DNA of 64,000 nucleotides from Phyllobates terribilis (taxonomy: Eukaryota), in NCBI RefSeq assembly GCF_046119375.1, contig NW_027362761.1, positions 117,552,001-117,616,000 on the forward strand. The letters run 5' to 3'. Below are positions 35,480 through 51,946 of this stretch, piece after piece; position 1 is the first letter of the stretch; the number at the start of each line of letters is the position of its first letter. The position numbers and the translations under genes were made by a program. The notes beneath the pieces are model-generated. The model was not told the origin of the DNA, made no database searches, and saw nothing but the letters and a program-made list of their open reading frames with translations.

Positions 35480-36810
35480 AAAGAAGAGACTGTATTTTTT
35501 ATCTCACTTCACACCAGTGCATTACACTAACTTTGCTCACTGGATTTACTGGGATGATTTGGGCTCATATCCACAATATTTGGTGTATGGTAGTCAAGGG
35601 TGGGGTGGGTTAGGGAAATCTCCGACAAGCTAGGAAATAAAGCATCAATCTGCTATAATTGTGCAGTTCAGCGTGTATTATGGTAAAGCAAATTACAACC
35701 AAAATCATGCTTCAGCAGACATTTATTCCCTTCTGAAAAAAATCTGCTAACTTCTAGATGCCGTTTCTTCTTCACTAGTATTCATAGATCCAGAAACTTA
35801 GTGTAATGCCCTGTTTTCCATTTTTCCGTCTAACATTGCTATAGCAAATAGCCTGTGCTACCTGGAGATCATTTTTTTTGTTTGTTTGTTTTATTTTATT
35901 TGGTTTATTATTTTTTTTTCCCCCCGGTAACACTGGATTTTGACCTTAAGGAAAATTGTGAGATGTAAATGCCAAAATTTAAAATAGGTGATTATTTGCT
36001 GCTTCATCGAGTAATTAAAATTAAATTAGTGCACAGGAGCCTGGTAAATGCTGTGAACGTAAATTTTTTTTGAAGCTGTTTCTTTCCATTAAATCACATT
36101 TGCTGATATTTAAGGAGAACCCCGATCAATAAGTGTGAAGTGGGCACTTTCTGTTCTGACTTAGAAAACAATATGCACACAGGAGGTTTACTTTTCTGTT
36201 TTCTTGCCATTTAGGGAATTGAAAACCAATAGCTTTCTAATTGCTAATTTACTTCAATTTTACATTGCAGTAAAGGTTTTAAAAACAGTTGCATGTTTTT
36301 TTTTTTGTTGATACCCACTTGGTGTGTTAAGTAACATATCCATCCCTCCCTCCCCCCCCCCAGTAACTACTTGTTTTCCATGTCGGCTGAGAATGTGCAA
36401 CCCCCTCTTCTATACCTGTCTGGCAAATTTTAACAATACTTAACCTAGACCTTTTGTAAACGAGTCAATTATCATTACAAGCTACGTACTACGAGGCAAA
36501 TTGCAAGATTTATTATATTTTTTTTCTTTATTTTTTTGCACTCTGTAATCTTAGTTTCATCCCCCATACCATAATGAATTAACGAGTCCTTCTGCTTGGA
36601 AGAAGCTGGCATGACAGGGCTTGAGAGGTCAACACATCCTCTGTTCTTTTCAGAGAAGGCATGACATATAAATGAATTGTAAGAATATCTGTGTATGTAC
36701 TGCTTATACATTGGGTAAATGGACAGATGAACAATCAGTGGAAACAAAAGTATAACCCAAAAAAAGAAAAAAAAATTATGCACAAAACATTAAAATTTCT
36801 CCTTGTATAG
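35480..36810 (+). other. RAD23B 3' UTR with candidate poly(A) signal ATTAAA at 36789-36794
   Basis: Transposon-free AT-rich stretch after the stop codon; ATTAAA is followed by GU/U-rich sequence. The 3' end is inferred, not observed. Confidence 0.55.
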
Positions 36811-36920
36811 TGTTTTCTGGTTATTTATTGATTGGAGTGTTGCGTGATTATGTAGATGCCTGAGAGTCAAGGTTCTTGCAAACTTAGGTCTTATGATAGC
36901 AGTCGTACGTTTGTCTAGTG

Positions 36921-37090
36921 CAGTGTTTCGCCGACTCCAGTCCTCACGGACCCCCACAGGTCATGTTTTCAGGATTTCCTTAGTATTGCAGAAAGGAAAG
37001 AACATATAATTCCATCATCTGTGCAATACTGATGAAATCCTGAAAACACGACCTGTTGTGGGCCCTGAGGACTAGGTTTGGGAAACATTG
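36921..37090. mobile_element. hAT-Charlie-type MITE
   Basis: TIR CAGTGTTTC/GAAACATTG; TSD GTCTAGTG/GTTTAGTA, close to the NTCTAGAN target. Confidence 0.68.
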
Positions 37091-37942
37091 GTTTAGTAGA
37101 AGAATCTTTTTCCCAATATGTACAATGTTGTCCATTATAAACCTTTCTTTTCATCTGGAAATTCTGTCCCGCATATCTGTAGCACATTGTAGGAGCAGCA
37201 TGGTCAATGGGATTTTACCCAAGCTCATCACACTGGGTTAAAAAAAAAAACCTTGTAAATTGAGACTTTCAGGCTCCGGCATGTTGGTTTCTAGATTTTA
37301 CCTTCCACAATCTGAAATTTTAGGCAAATACCAGCAGTTTTGCAAAGAAATTTGCAACAGAAACTGCATGATTTAATGTGTTTTTTGCTGCTGTGCATCT
37401 TTCTGTGAAATATATTCAGCTAATCAATCCTGTGTGCACAGACCCTGAGAAATTCACTGATGGCATACTATGCAATGGCTCATTTGTCATTAAAACGCTC
37501 ATTCTCTCATTCACCAAAGCTAAATTCAGTATAGGAAAAGATTTTCTAAAAGGCGTCTCAAGCGGCAGGAGTTTGCCCCTCTTCTATTCAAAGTAAATGA
37601 GAATCTTTTGGGTGAGTTAACCGGAATCTGTGAGATCATTAAGAGGAGCTCTTCTATTAAAACAAGGGAAAGTTTCTAGCCTCGGCTGCAAATTCCATTT
37701 TATAGCGAGAACAAAAGCACAAGAAAGAGAATTTATCAAGCTATTTTGACATGCCACTTTTGTGCTAAAACCCTGTACATCTTTTTCTGCAGAAAGTGGT
37801 AGGTGGTATTATCTATGGTAGCCAAATAAAATGACGTCTGGATAACGGTCCAGCCACAGGTCTCCTATCCCGCGATATGTTGGAGTATGTGAGGTTCAGT
37901 TTGATGCACAGACAGCCAGAGATGCTCCACTTTTATTTAGAG

Positions 37943-38129
37943 CAGTGTTTCCCAACCCCTGTCTTAATGGCCCCCAACAGATTGTTTCAGGATTTCCTTA
38001 GTATTGCACTGGTGATAGAACCCTTGGCAGTTCCTGATGCAGTAATAATAATTCTATCACCTGTGCAATACCAAGGAAATCCTGAAAATATGACTCGGAG
38101 CCGTGAGGACCGGAGTTTGGGAAACACTA
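37943..38129. mobile_element. hAT-Charlie-type MITE
   Basis: TIR CAGTGTTTCCCAA/TTGGGAAACACTA; perfect 8-bp TSD ATTTAGAG. Confidence 0.82.
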
Positions 38130-38701
38130 ATTTAGAGGCACTTAGCCTCTACTCCACTACGCGAACAACGCCTTTCCAATGTATAATATGAACAGCCTGT
38201 ACTAGTCTTCGGTGCCGGCACTGTTCTAGTGACATCGGTGCTAGGTTTCTTGGGGATTGCGTGCCTTCTTTGTCACGTGAACATGGCAGCCACTTGACTT
38301 TTACTTCCTTTGGGCATAACTGCCCCCTGATACAAGTCAGAGCTGCTGCTCTTTCCCCTTCCAGTTATCAGTTACATGCTGTGATTGGGTGCAGGACTCG
38401 CGTGACAGCACTTCACAAGAGACTTGACATCACTAGAATGGTGCCTACAGGCTGCTTTTTATTTTGGTGTTTGATTTGCGGAGAGACCTAGGTGTTTGGG
38501 AGCAAACTAAAAATACCAATTCTGGGCTAATGTGAGTTCTGCTTGGAGGTCCTAACAGATGTTCTTTGGAAGTAGTTATCTCTCCTGAAGTGATTAGAAT
38601 TTACACAATTTTTGAAATTTTAAAACAAGGATTTCATTAATAGGCACTTTTCAACTTTTTTTTTCTCTCCAAACATTAAGCATTGTTATACGAAGTTTAC
38701 A

Positions 38702-43334
<4,633 letters not shown>

Positions 43335-43475
43335 TACTTACTGATTACCAAAAATGGCTCATCTGCTTACTCTGTCCGGGTCCTCCACCAGTCTATTGTT
43401 ACTTTTCCATCCAGGACAGCATGTGACTGCTGCAGCGAATCACGTGTCATGTTGCTAGTCATCCTGGGAGCTATT

Positions 43476-43816
43476 GGTCTATGTGCACACACTAAGTTTT
43501 TTGAGGTGTTCAAAAGCAACTAGTGATTCAAGCAGAAACTGCTTCAGGAAACGTTCCTTTTTTTAGTTTTTCTGCAAAGGTGTTGGAAGTAGGATTTCTT
43601 TTCTGAAAGTGTTTTTCCAGCCTTTTAATTTGATAGCACATTTTTTGGAGATATTTCTTTCAATATTTGTTTCAAAGTAGTGACATGCGCCCCCTCTTGT
43701 TTTTCTTCATATCAGGTACAGTAATACAGCTTAAAAAACTTTAATCTATTTTTAAGAGGATTTTGAAAAGGATCTGCTCAGAAAAAAAACTCCTTAAAAA
43801 CTTTGTGAACATAGCC
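43476..43816. mobile_element. Old Harbinger-type MITE
   Basis: GGTCTATGTGCACA...TGTGAACATAGCC-TAA. Confidence 0.55.
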
Positions 43817-45636
43817 TAAGGAGTCTGTTGGGATCCTCCCACTGCTGGAGACTGCTGTGGTTGTCTCTGTACCTGGCAGTGACACGGAGGTAATGAGGTG
43901 GCTTCCAATAATTTTTTTTTCTTTATTATCCCCTTACTATAGAATTATTTTTTTAGGGAGATAAAATTATGTCACAAACAGGGAAGGGTAAAACATCTCA
44001 ACATTGAAGACAACCCAACAAGGTTGGTGCTGGGTATTTCTGCAGCTAATATCTAGAAAGCAACTTCTTTTTCAGATTGTGCATGGTATTTTTACCATTT
44101 TCTGCAAAGGAAGTATACATACTGTTATGAGCGGCAGTTGTTACTGGACTCTCGCCTACAGTATTCTTCTATTTCCATATTCAGTACAGGATATATGTCC
44201 TGTATAGCTCGGAATTTAACAATGTGTCTGTCATAGCAAAAAACACAGGCTGTAGCACAGAGACCAACATGGTTTGCCAGATATAAACTGTACTATATAA
44301 TAAATAATGATTTCTAACCAATTAATAATCCCAGCACACGCACAGCACCACAGAGCTATATGATTGTCTAAAATAGAAAATTAGGTGAAAGGCACCATGA
44401 TCTCCCCCCCAAAAAATTACGTCCTTATGATTTCCATTTTTAACAGACTAATTCATTTGCATTGTTGAAAAAAGGGTGTTGGACTCCGAAAACGTGGCAT
44501 ATAGCAATCAATGTTCAGACACTATTAGAAAAAAAAAAAACATCTCATTGTCCATGTGATGGAAGCTCCTCGATAACAGGAAGACACTCAAATAAATGTA
44601 TCAACCCGGCAAGCAACGAACTAGCAAACTTCCATGTCAGAAAGATAAAACTCCTAATGCTTTAGTACAAAAAAATTTTTAGTGACCACCAATACTGCTT
44701 AAAACTCATCTGAGATATAAGACAACAACATCTACCGACGTGTAAAAATGCAGCAGATGTCAGTTGTACACTAAGTCACGATTGGTGTTGGCACCGACCA
44801 TGGACGTATAACCCCTTAGATGCTGCTTTCAATAGTGACTGTGGCATCTAGATGGTTAAAAAAGCTTTAACCCCATCAGTATCCTGAGATCATGATTGTG
44901 TGGTCCTGATTCTTAATATGGCAATTCACAGTCAAATAACGGCCTTAGAGTTTGCGGGCTATAGTGACCTGTTCAGAAGTTAGCAACATTTAGGTGGTAA
45001 AAATAACATTTTCCAGTACGTCCCCATGACAGCACCATAGGAGGAGTAATCCCATATCCTCTGTAGGGACAGAAAGCACAAGAGGTTAAAAGCCCTCCCA
45101 CCCCCAACCTCCTCAGTGTTTTTCCTGTCCCTACACAGGATAGGGAGTACAGGAGGAGCGCTGGTGCAGGGAGCACTGGTGCAGAAGAACGCTGATACTT
45201 ACAGGGCCCCGGAGGATCAGGGGGGCCACGGCTCTCTCCTTCCCGCCGTCAAGCGGGTCCTGGGCCGACACTCCCTGTCAGGAGTCCCTCAGCCCTCTGG
45301 TGTGCTGGAGCCTCCGGGTGTCGCTTCCCCATCTTTGGGGCTCTTGGCGTCCTGCTCAGGGCGGGCCTGGCTTCTTCCGGCTTTCGGGGACCGCCCGGCG
45401 TTGAAACCAGAAGTTCGGGGATGACGACTTCCGGTCGGCGGTCGCGTGGAATATTCAAGCGCGGATCGACTGTGGATGCCAGTGGAGCAGGAGAACATGA
45501 CAGGACGACCAGGTAAGGTACAAAAGGGGGCTGGTGAGCTTTAAAGGCAGGCTTACAGGTTTGGCACCCCATGGCTGATGTGTCACACCCTGATACCCTC
45601 CCTGGATCGCCCCACAGTCATGATGTCTCTGTGCAG

Positions 45637-46835
45637 TTACCACCTCCTGAAAAGAAGAAGGATGCAGGGAAAAAGGCCATAGTGAAATCCAAGAGGTGCC
45701 TGGATTGTAACATCAGACTTCCCGACTCATATACAAAGCATCTATGCTAAAGGAGAAGCACGGAGCTTTATTAAACGAGATGCGTAGCATGATCAAAGAA
45801 GAAGTTCAGGGTTCTATTCCGTCTCTGCAGCCCCCAGGTTCAGGGGTCCAGGAAATCGACCCATCTGGCGACTCTGACAACGGTGAGACCATTAGTCCAC
45901 CTCAGGGCGGGGAACTTAAAAAGTATATGTTCCACTCAGATGGTATGGAGATTCTTCTACGAGCCGTCCGAAACACGATGCAGGTAGAAGAGACGGAGAA
46001 GAGCAGAAACATTCAAGATGAAATGTTTGGTGGACTTAGAACCCAGAGATCCATGGTTTTCCCTGTTAATGCTCATGCGAAAGACATGATCCTGGAGGAA
46101 TGGGAGGATGCGGAGAAGAGACTCTCTATTCCACCAGACTTCCGCGTCCAACTCTCCTTTGATCCAGAAGACACCAATGTTTGGGACACTATTCCTAAAA
46201 TCGACGTCACAGAGGCCAAGGTGGTCAAGAAAACCTCTATCCCCTTTGAGGATTCATCAGGACTTAAAGATCCTATGGATCAAAAGGCAGATGGACTTTT
46301 GAAAAAAGCCTGGGAAGCCTCGGTGGCAGTTATTAAGTCTAATGTTGCTGCTACATCTATTGCCAGATCCATGAAAGTCTAGCTAGATGAGCTAGAGGGT
46401 CACCTATGGGATGGCACCCTGAGGGAATCTCTCCTTCAATCATTGCCCCTATTAAAAATGGCAGCGAATTTTATAGCCGACGCTTCGGCAGAATCGGTCA
46501 GATTTGCTGCCAGAAATAATGCGCTTTCCAACTCAGCCAGAAGAGCTTGGTTAAAGACATGGTCTGGAGATACAGCTTCTAAGAAGCTATACTCCATTCC
46601 ATTTTCAGGGCTCAGAGTATTCGGACCAGTGTTAGATGACATACTAGAAAAAGTGTCCGATAAAAAGAAGGGCTTCCCTGAGGAGAAAAAGAAGGAGCAG
46701 CCCTTTTGCAAACCTTTCCCCTTCCGTAAACATAACACTCAGAAAAAAGGGGGATCCACAAGATGGAGTTTTAATAAGGGGAACAAAGATAAAAAATACC
46801 AGCCCAGTACTAGCTCCCATTCAAAACGACAATGA
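45637..46835 (+). pseudogene. DIRS ORF1 (gag-like) relic
   Basis: CxxC motif KRCLDCNIRLPDSYTKHLC, then ORFs 45744-46382 and 46443-46835 (…KLYSIPFSGLRVFGPVLDDIL…), typical of vertebrate DIRS ORF1; broken by a frameshift and a stop. Confidence 0.7.
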
Positions 46836-48600
46836 CTATGTCAGAGTAGGGGGGCGGTTAAGGTTTTTCAAAAACAGTTGGCATTGGGTCACTCAATATC
46901 CAGGGTTACAGGATAGAGTTTTCTCAAAATCCCGCTCAAAAATTCCGCCTACCTCACTTTCCCGTCTACGTGCAGACGTAGAGAAGCTTCTACAACAGAA
47001 GGTTATTGTTCCAGTTCCAGAACACGACCAACATTGGGGCCATTACTCCTCTCTGTTTTCAGTAAAAAAAAACGTCAGGGGAGTTCCGTACAATTATCAA
47101 TCTGAAACCCCTAAACCGATGGGTCTACTACAAAAAATTCCACATGGAATATGTGAGATCAGCCATTCCCCTGATAGACACAGATGCGGTAATGTGCACC
47201 CTGGACCTCAGGGATGCATATTACCACCTGCCGATACATTCCTCAAGTCAGTAATATCTGAGGTTTGCGCTACCATCAGGCAGTAAGATTCTACACTACC
47301 AGTTCCGATGTCTTTCCTTCGGCCTGTCATCTGCTCCCAGAATCTTTATGAAGATTATGGCAGAGGTGGTAGCCTATATCCGTCTTAGGGATATTACCAT
47401 CATTCCGTACTTGGACGACTTCCTGTTGGTGGCAGGATCCCCTCTAGATATGACTCAACATCTGGAATTTGTCCTACAGACATTAACCAGCCTGGGTTTG
47501 ATTGTGAACGAAGAAAAATCCAATCTTGTCTCAGGTACTTCTCGCATCTTCTTGGGAGTCTATCTTGACTCCTGAACGCGAACGTCTTATCTCCCGGAAG
47601 ACAAGATGCTCTCAATTCCACAAAGGATTTGTTCTTTTGCAAGGGAGAAAAAAACATTGATTCGAAAGGCAATGAGTATTTTGGGAATCATGACGTCATG
47701 CATCACCTGCATCAGATGGAGCCAATTCCATTCAGGGCCTTTACAGAAATCCATCGTGGAAGTGACAGACAAACATCAGAATTACCTAGACATGAACATG
47801 TCTTTGTCCAGAGGCGCCCAGGACTCTCTACACTTGTGGCTCGACCAGCAAAATCTACAGAAGGGAGTTTTCAGTGGACTCTGGAACCTTGTCTTTTAGT
47901 GACCACAGACGCAAGTCTCTCAGGATGGAGAGCTCGAGTGGGAGATCGTTATCTTCAAGGAACATGGTCCACAGAGATTCAGACCCAAATGTTCGGGAAC
48001 TACAAGTGAGTTGGGAAGTTCTACAGAGAAGCCGGTCTGTCTTGAGAGACAGACAAGCGAAGGTCTTGTCGGACAACATCACGGCAGTCTCCTTCATCAA
48101 ACATCAGGGCGGACCAAGACATCCACTTCTCCAGTCTCTGACCAGCAGGACATTCTTAGGCATAGAGAAGATAGTGAGCTCCATTTCAGCAGTTCACCTT
48201 CGGGGATCCAACAATCAAGAGGCAGACTACCTCAGCAGGCGTCAAATGAAGGCTTCGGAATGGGAACTGAACGAAGAGGTGTTCCAACAATTGACTCGCA
48301 GATGGGGACAGCCTCACCTAGACCTGTTTGCATCCAGAACGAATGTGAAGACGACATCTTCTCTCTCGACCCAGGAGATCATCCTCTGGCAGTGGACACT
48401 CTCTGACAGTATTGGGGAGATGGCCTAACATGCCTTCCCACCTGCTCCCCTAATTCCGAGAGTCCTGCGGAAGATTCAGGAAGATCGGGCGACAGTCATA
48501 GCAATTGTCCCATTCTGGCCAAGGAGGAGTTGGTTCTCCCTTCTACATTATCTAGCGTTAAAGGACCCAATCATTTTACCATTACAGGAAGATCTTCTGA
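46830..48600 (+). pseudogene. DIRS pol relic: RT, RNase H and DNA adenine methyltransferase-like domain
   Basis: YLDDFLL at 47408; LVTTDASLSGW ~47895; SDNIT; WGQPHLDLFAS ~48303; HAFPPAPLIPRVLRKIQEDRATVIAIVPFWPRRSW from 48429; multiple frameshifts and stops. Confidence 0.88.
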
Positions 48601-48619
48601 CACAAGGTCCACTGTTTCA

Positions 48620-49664
48620 TCGGAATCTTCAACAACTCCAGCTTTCAGCCTGGCTTCTGAAGTGGAGTTCCTGAAAACCAAAGGCTTATCCGCCAGAGTG
48701 ATCCAGACTATTCAGGCTAGTAGAAAACCTGTAACCCAAGCCATATATAAAAAAGTCTGGAGGTCCTTTTGTCAGTTCCACAGGACGGTAGACACCTCTC
48801 AATCAGACATCCCTGCGATCCTTGATTTCTTGCAGGCAGGATTTGACACAGGTCTTAGACCAAGTACCTTGAAGGTGCAGACTGTGGCATTAAGTGCTTT
48901 CTTCGATATATCATTGTCCTCGCATCCCTGGATAATCAGATTTGTCAAGGCAATCCAGATATTCAGACCTGCCCAGAGAATTTCTTCCCCTCCATGGGAT
49001 CTGAATCTTGTCCTGAGAGTCCTTTGCAAACCTTCCTTTGGCCCAGTTCATGAATTAGAAATAAAGAACTTGACTCTGAAAACAGTCTTCTTGGTTGGGT
49101 GAGATCCAGGCTCTCTCTGTTGTCGAGCTATGTATGCAGATTCGGGATGATTGCATCATTCTCAAACTGGATCCAAGTTTCTCCTCGAAGGTGGTGTCAT
49201 CAATGACTTTAAACCAAGAAGTGGTTCTTCCATCGTTCTGCGAAAACCCTAGAAATCCGAGGGAGGAAGAGTTCCACCATCTCGATGTCTGCAGAGCAGT
49301 GTTAGCCTATTTGGAAGCCACTCAGAACTGGAGATTAGACTCTAATCTTTTCATACAGTTTGGGGGGAAAAATAGAGGCAGGAAGGCTTCAAAACCATCC
49401 TTAGCTAGATGGGTCAGATCCATGATTAAGCTAGCGTACCTTTCAGAAGGACAGTCTCCCCCTGAAATAATCAAAGCCCATTCTACCAGAGCAGTTTCCA
49501 CCTCAAGGGCAACTAGAGCAGGGGCTACCATTGAACAGATATGTACCACAGCCACATGGTCAGGACATACTACATTTTGCAAACACTACTACAAACTAGA
49601 TATTCTCTCACAGCAGAGATCTGCGTTTGGTAGAATAGTGCTTCAGGCAATTATCCCATCCTAA
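48620..49664 (+). pseudogene. DIRS tyrosine recombinase relic
   Basis: LRPSTLKVQ, PPWDLNLVL, LKTVFLV, KAHSTRAVSTS and WSGHTTFCKHY motifs across ORFs 48530-49102 and 49095-49664; a short deletion removes the catalytic Arg region between them. Confidence 0.88.
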
Positions 49665-51391
49665 GCTATGTGTTCTTGGGTATACTCCTATGGTGCTGTC
49701 ATGGGGACGTACTGGAAAACCGGAATTAGTCTTACCGGTAATGATGTTTCCAGGAGTCCACATGACAGCACCCTTATTTCCCTCCCTATATTACTACTGT
49801 ATGTGACTTTAACATATGTCTAAGTAGTTTAGAATAAAATTGTGTTGTACCCAGCCAATGTGGTTCTTGGAAAATCACTGAGGAGGTTGGGGGTGGGAGG
49901 CCTTTTAACCTCTTGTGCTTCCTGTCCCTACAGAGGATATGGGATTACTCCTCGTACATTGCTGTCATGTGGACTCCTGGAAACATCATTACCGGTAAGA
50001 CTAATTCTGGTTTTCCATTCCTTTCATGCCGACAGACATGAGGTAAATGGTATTTATTAACTATTTGATGTGGTATGACTATCTGGATTAACCCCATTCT
50101 GACATGGGGCATAATAATACGTACCTGCGCCCTGGGCCTTATTGACCAGGTACGTATCATTATGCTGTGCGGGCGCGATCGCCGCCAGGTGTCAGCTGAT
50201 TTTAACAGCTGACACCCGGTACTATGTGTCAGGAGCGGTCCCGCACCACTTCCGGCACATTAAGCCCCGAAGTTGCAGCATTGCGGGAGCAGGCAGAGGT
50301 AAGTGCCCCCCCTTTACCTTGGATCGGAGACCCCGCGCTGTGTGCGCGGGGTCCCAATTGTTGCCATGGTGACCCTATGTCGTCATGACACCATCCGGGT
50401 CACCAGGCATCAGGAAGTTAGATAGATCGCGCGTAGTACACAATCTATCTAACTTGTGCCAGTGCAGAGCTGACAGCCTGCATAGCAAACAATGAAAGTC
50501 CCATAATGGGACAAAGTATAAAAGTGAAATAAAGTGTCAGAAAGTGACATAAATTTTTTTTAAAAAATTGTAAAAATACTTAAAAATAAAAAGGAAAAAA
50601 TAATCAAAAAATATATATAAATATATACTGTACCCATAAATAAATATTATTACGAAAAAAAGAATAAAAGCACACATATTTGGTATTGCTGCTCCTGGAA
50701 CGACCTGACCTATAAAACTGTCCCACTAGTTAACCTCTTTAGTGAACACGATAAAAAAACAAATAAAAAACGAAGTAAAAAACAATGCTTTATCATCATA
50801 CCGCCAAACAAAAAATGGAATAAAACGCGATCAAAAAGACGAATGTAAATACAAATGGTACCGCTGAAAACGTCATCTTGTCCCGCAAAATACAAGCCAC
50901 CATACTGCTCCATTAGCCGAAAAATAAAAAAGTTATAGCTCTCGGAATAAAGCGATGCAAAAAAAATTATTTTTTCTATAAAATAGTTTTTTGTGTTAAA
51001 GCGCCAAAACATAAAAAACAATATAAATGTGGAATCACTGTAAATGTACTGAACCGAAGAATAAAGCTGCCTTATCAGTTTTACCACACACGGAGCGGCA
51101 TAAAAAAATAAAAAAAACAATTCCTGAATTGTTGGCTTTTGTTTATTCTGCCTCCCAAAAATCGGAATATAAAGCGATAAAAAAATGTCATTTGCCCGAA
51201 AATGGTACCAATAAAAACGTCAACTTGTCCTGCAAAAAACAAGCCCTTACATGACTCTGTCGACCGAAATAGGGAAAAATGATTGCAAAAACTAGTCTTT
51301 GCAACAAAAAAAGCATCTTTTAGTGTGTGACAGCTGCCAAACATAAAAACTCAATATGAATCTGGTATCGCTGTAATCACACCGTAAAATC

Positions 51392-51588
51392 TAGGGTTAG
51401 GGTTGTGTTAGGGTTAGGGTTGTACTAGGGTTAGAGTTGTGTTAGGGCTGTGCTTGGGTTAGGGTTGTGCTAGAGTTAAGGTTGTGCTAGGGTTAAGGTT
51501 GTGTTCGGGTTGTGCTGGGGTTAGGGTTGTGTTAGGGTTGTATTAGGGTTGGGGTTGTATTAGGGTTGGGGTTAGGATTGTGTTGGGA
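51392..51588 (+). repeat. Degenerate interstitial telomere-like repeat (TTAGGG mixed with TTGTG)
   Basis: TAGGGTTAGGGTTGTGTTAGGGTTAGGGTTGTACTAGGG…. Confidence 0.85.
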
Positions 51589-51634
51589 TTTTTTCAAAAG
51601 TAAAGAAAAAAAAAAAGATGAAAAAAATGGCGAC

Positions 51635-51946
51635 TAGTGTTGAGCGCAAGTGCTCACTACTTGAGTTTGCGTCGGGTGCTCGGGTATGCACCGAGTATCG
51701 CGGGTGCTCGAGTGACATGCTTGAGTCTCCGCCCCATATGTTTTGTGGCTGTTATACAGCCAAAACAAACACGCGGGGATTGCCTGCCATGCACGAGCTA
51801 TCCCCCCATGTTTTTTTTTGGGTGTCTAACCACCGTGAAACCTGCGGGGTGGGGACTCGAGCATGTCACTCGAGCACCCGCGATACATTGTGCATACCAG
51901 AGTAACCGATGCAAACTCAAGTAGCGAGCACTTGCGCTCAAGACTA
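51635..51946. mobile_element. hAT-type MITE
   Basis: TIR TAGTGTTGAGCGCAAGTGCTC/GAGCACTTGCGCTCAAGACTA with long inverted arms; degenerate TSD ATGGCGAC/ATGACAAC. Confidence 0.78.

Larger units (their letters stand above)
45009..50014 (+). mobile_element. DIRS1-like tyrosine-recombinase retrotransposon, structurally complete, ORFs disrupted
   Basis: Left ITR 45009-45118; right ITR 49876-49953 plus 3' extension to 50014; internal complementary region 49685-49770 matching both termini; TTTT ends, no TSD; gag, RT, RNase H, MT and YR relics in between. Confidence 0.93.

Noticed and set aside
35508-35526. CAGTGC as an iron-responsive element loop in the 3' UTR
   Set aside because: The five bases on either side (CACAC/ATTAC) do not pair, so the IRE upper stem is absent.
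44060-44270. Exon-like open frames after TTCTTTTCAG
   Set aside because: No recognisable protein in any frame on either strand, no good donor, and no partner exons.
45009-45118. DIRS terminal repeats as LTRs or DNA-transposon TIRs
   Set aside because: They are inverted, come with an internal complementary region, lack a TSD, and flank RT/RNase H/YR rather than integrase or transposase.
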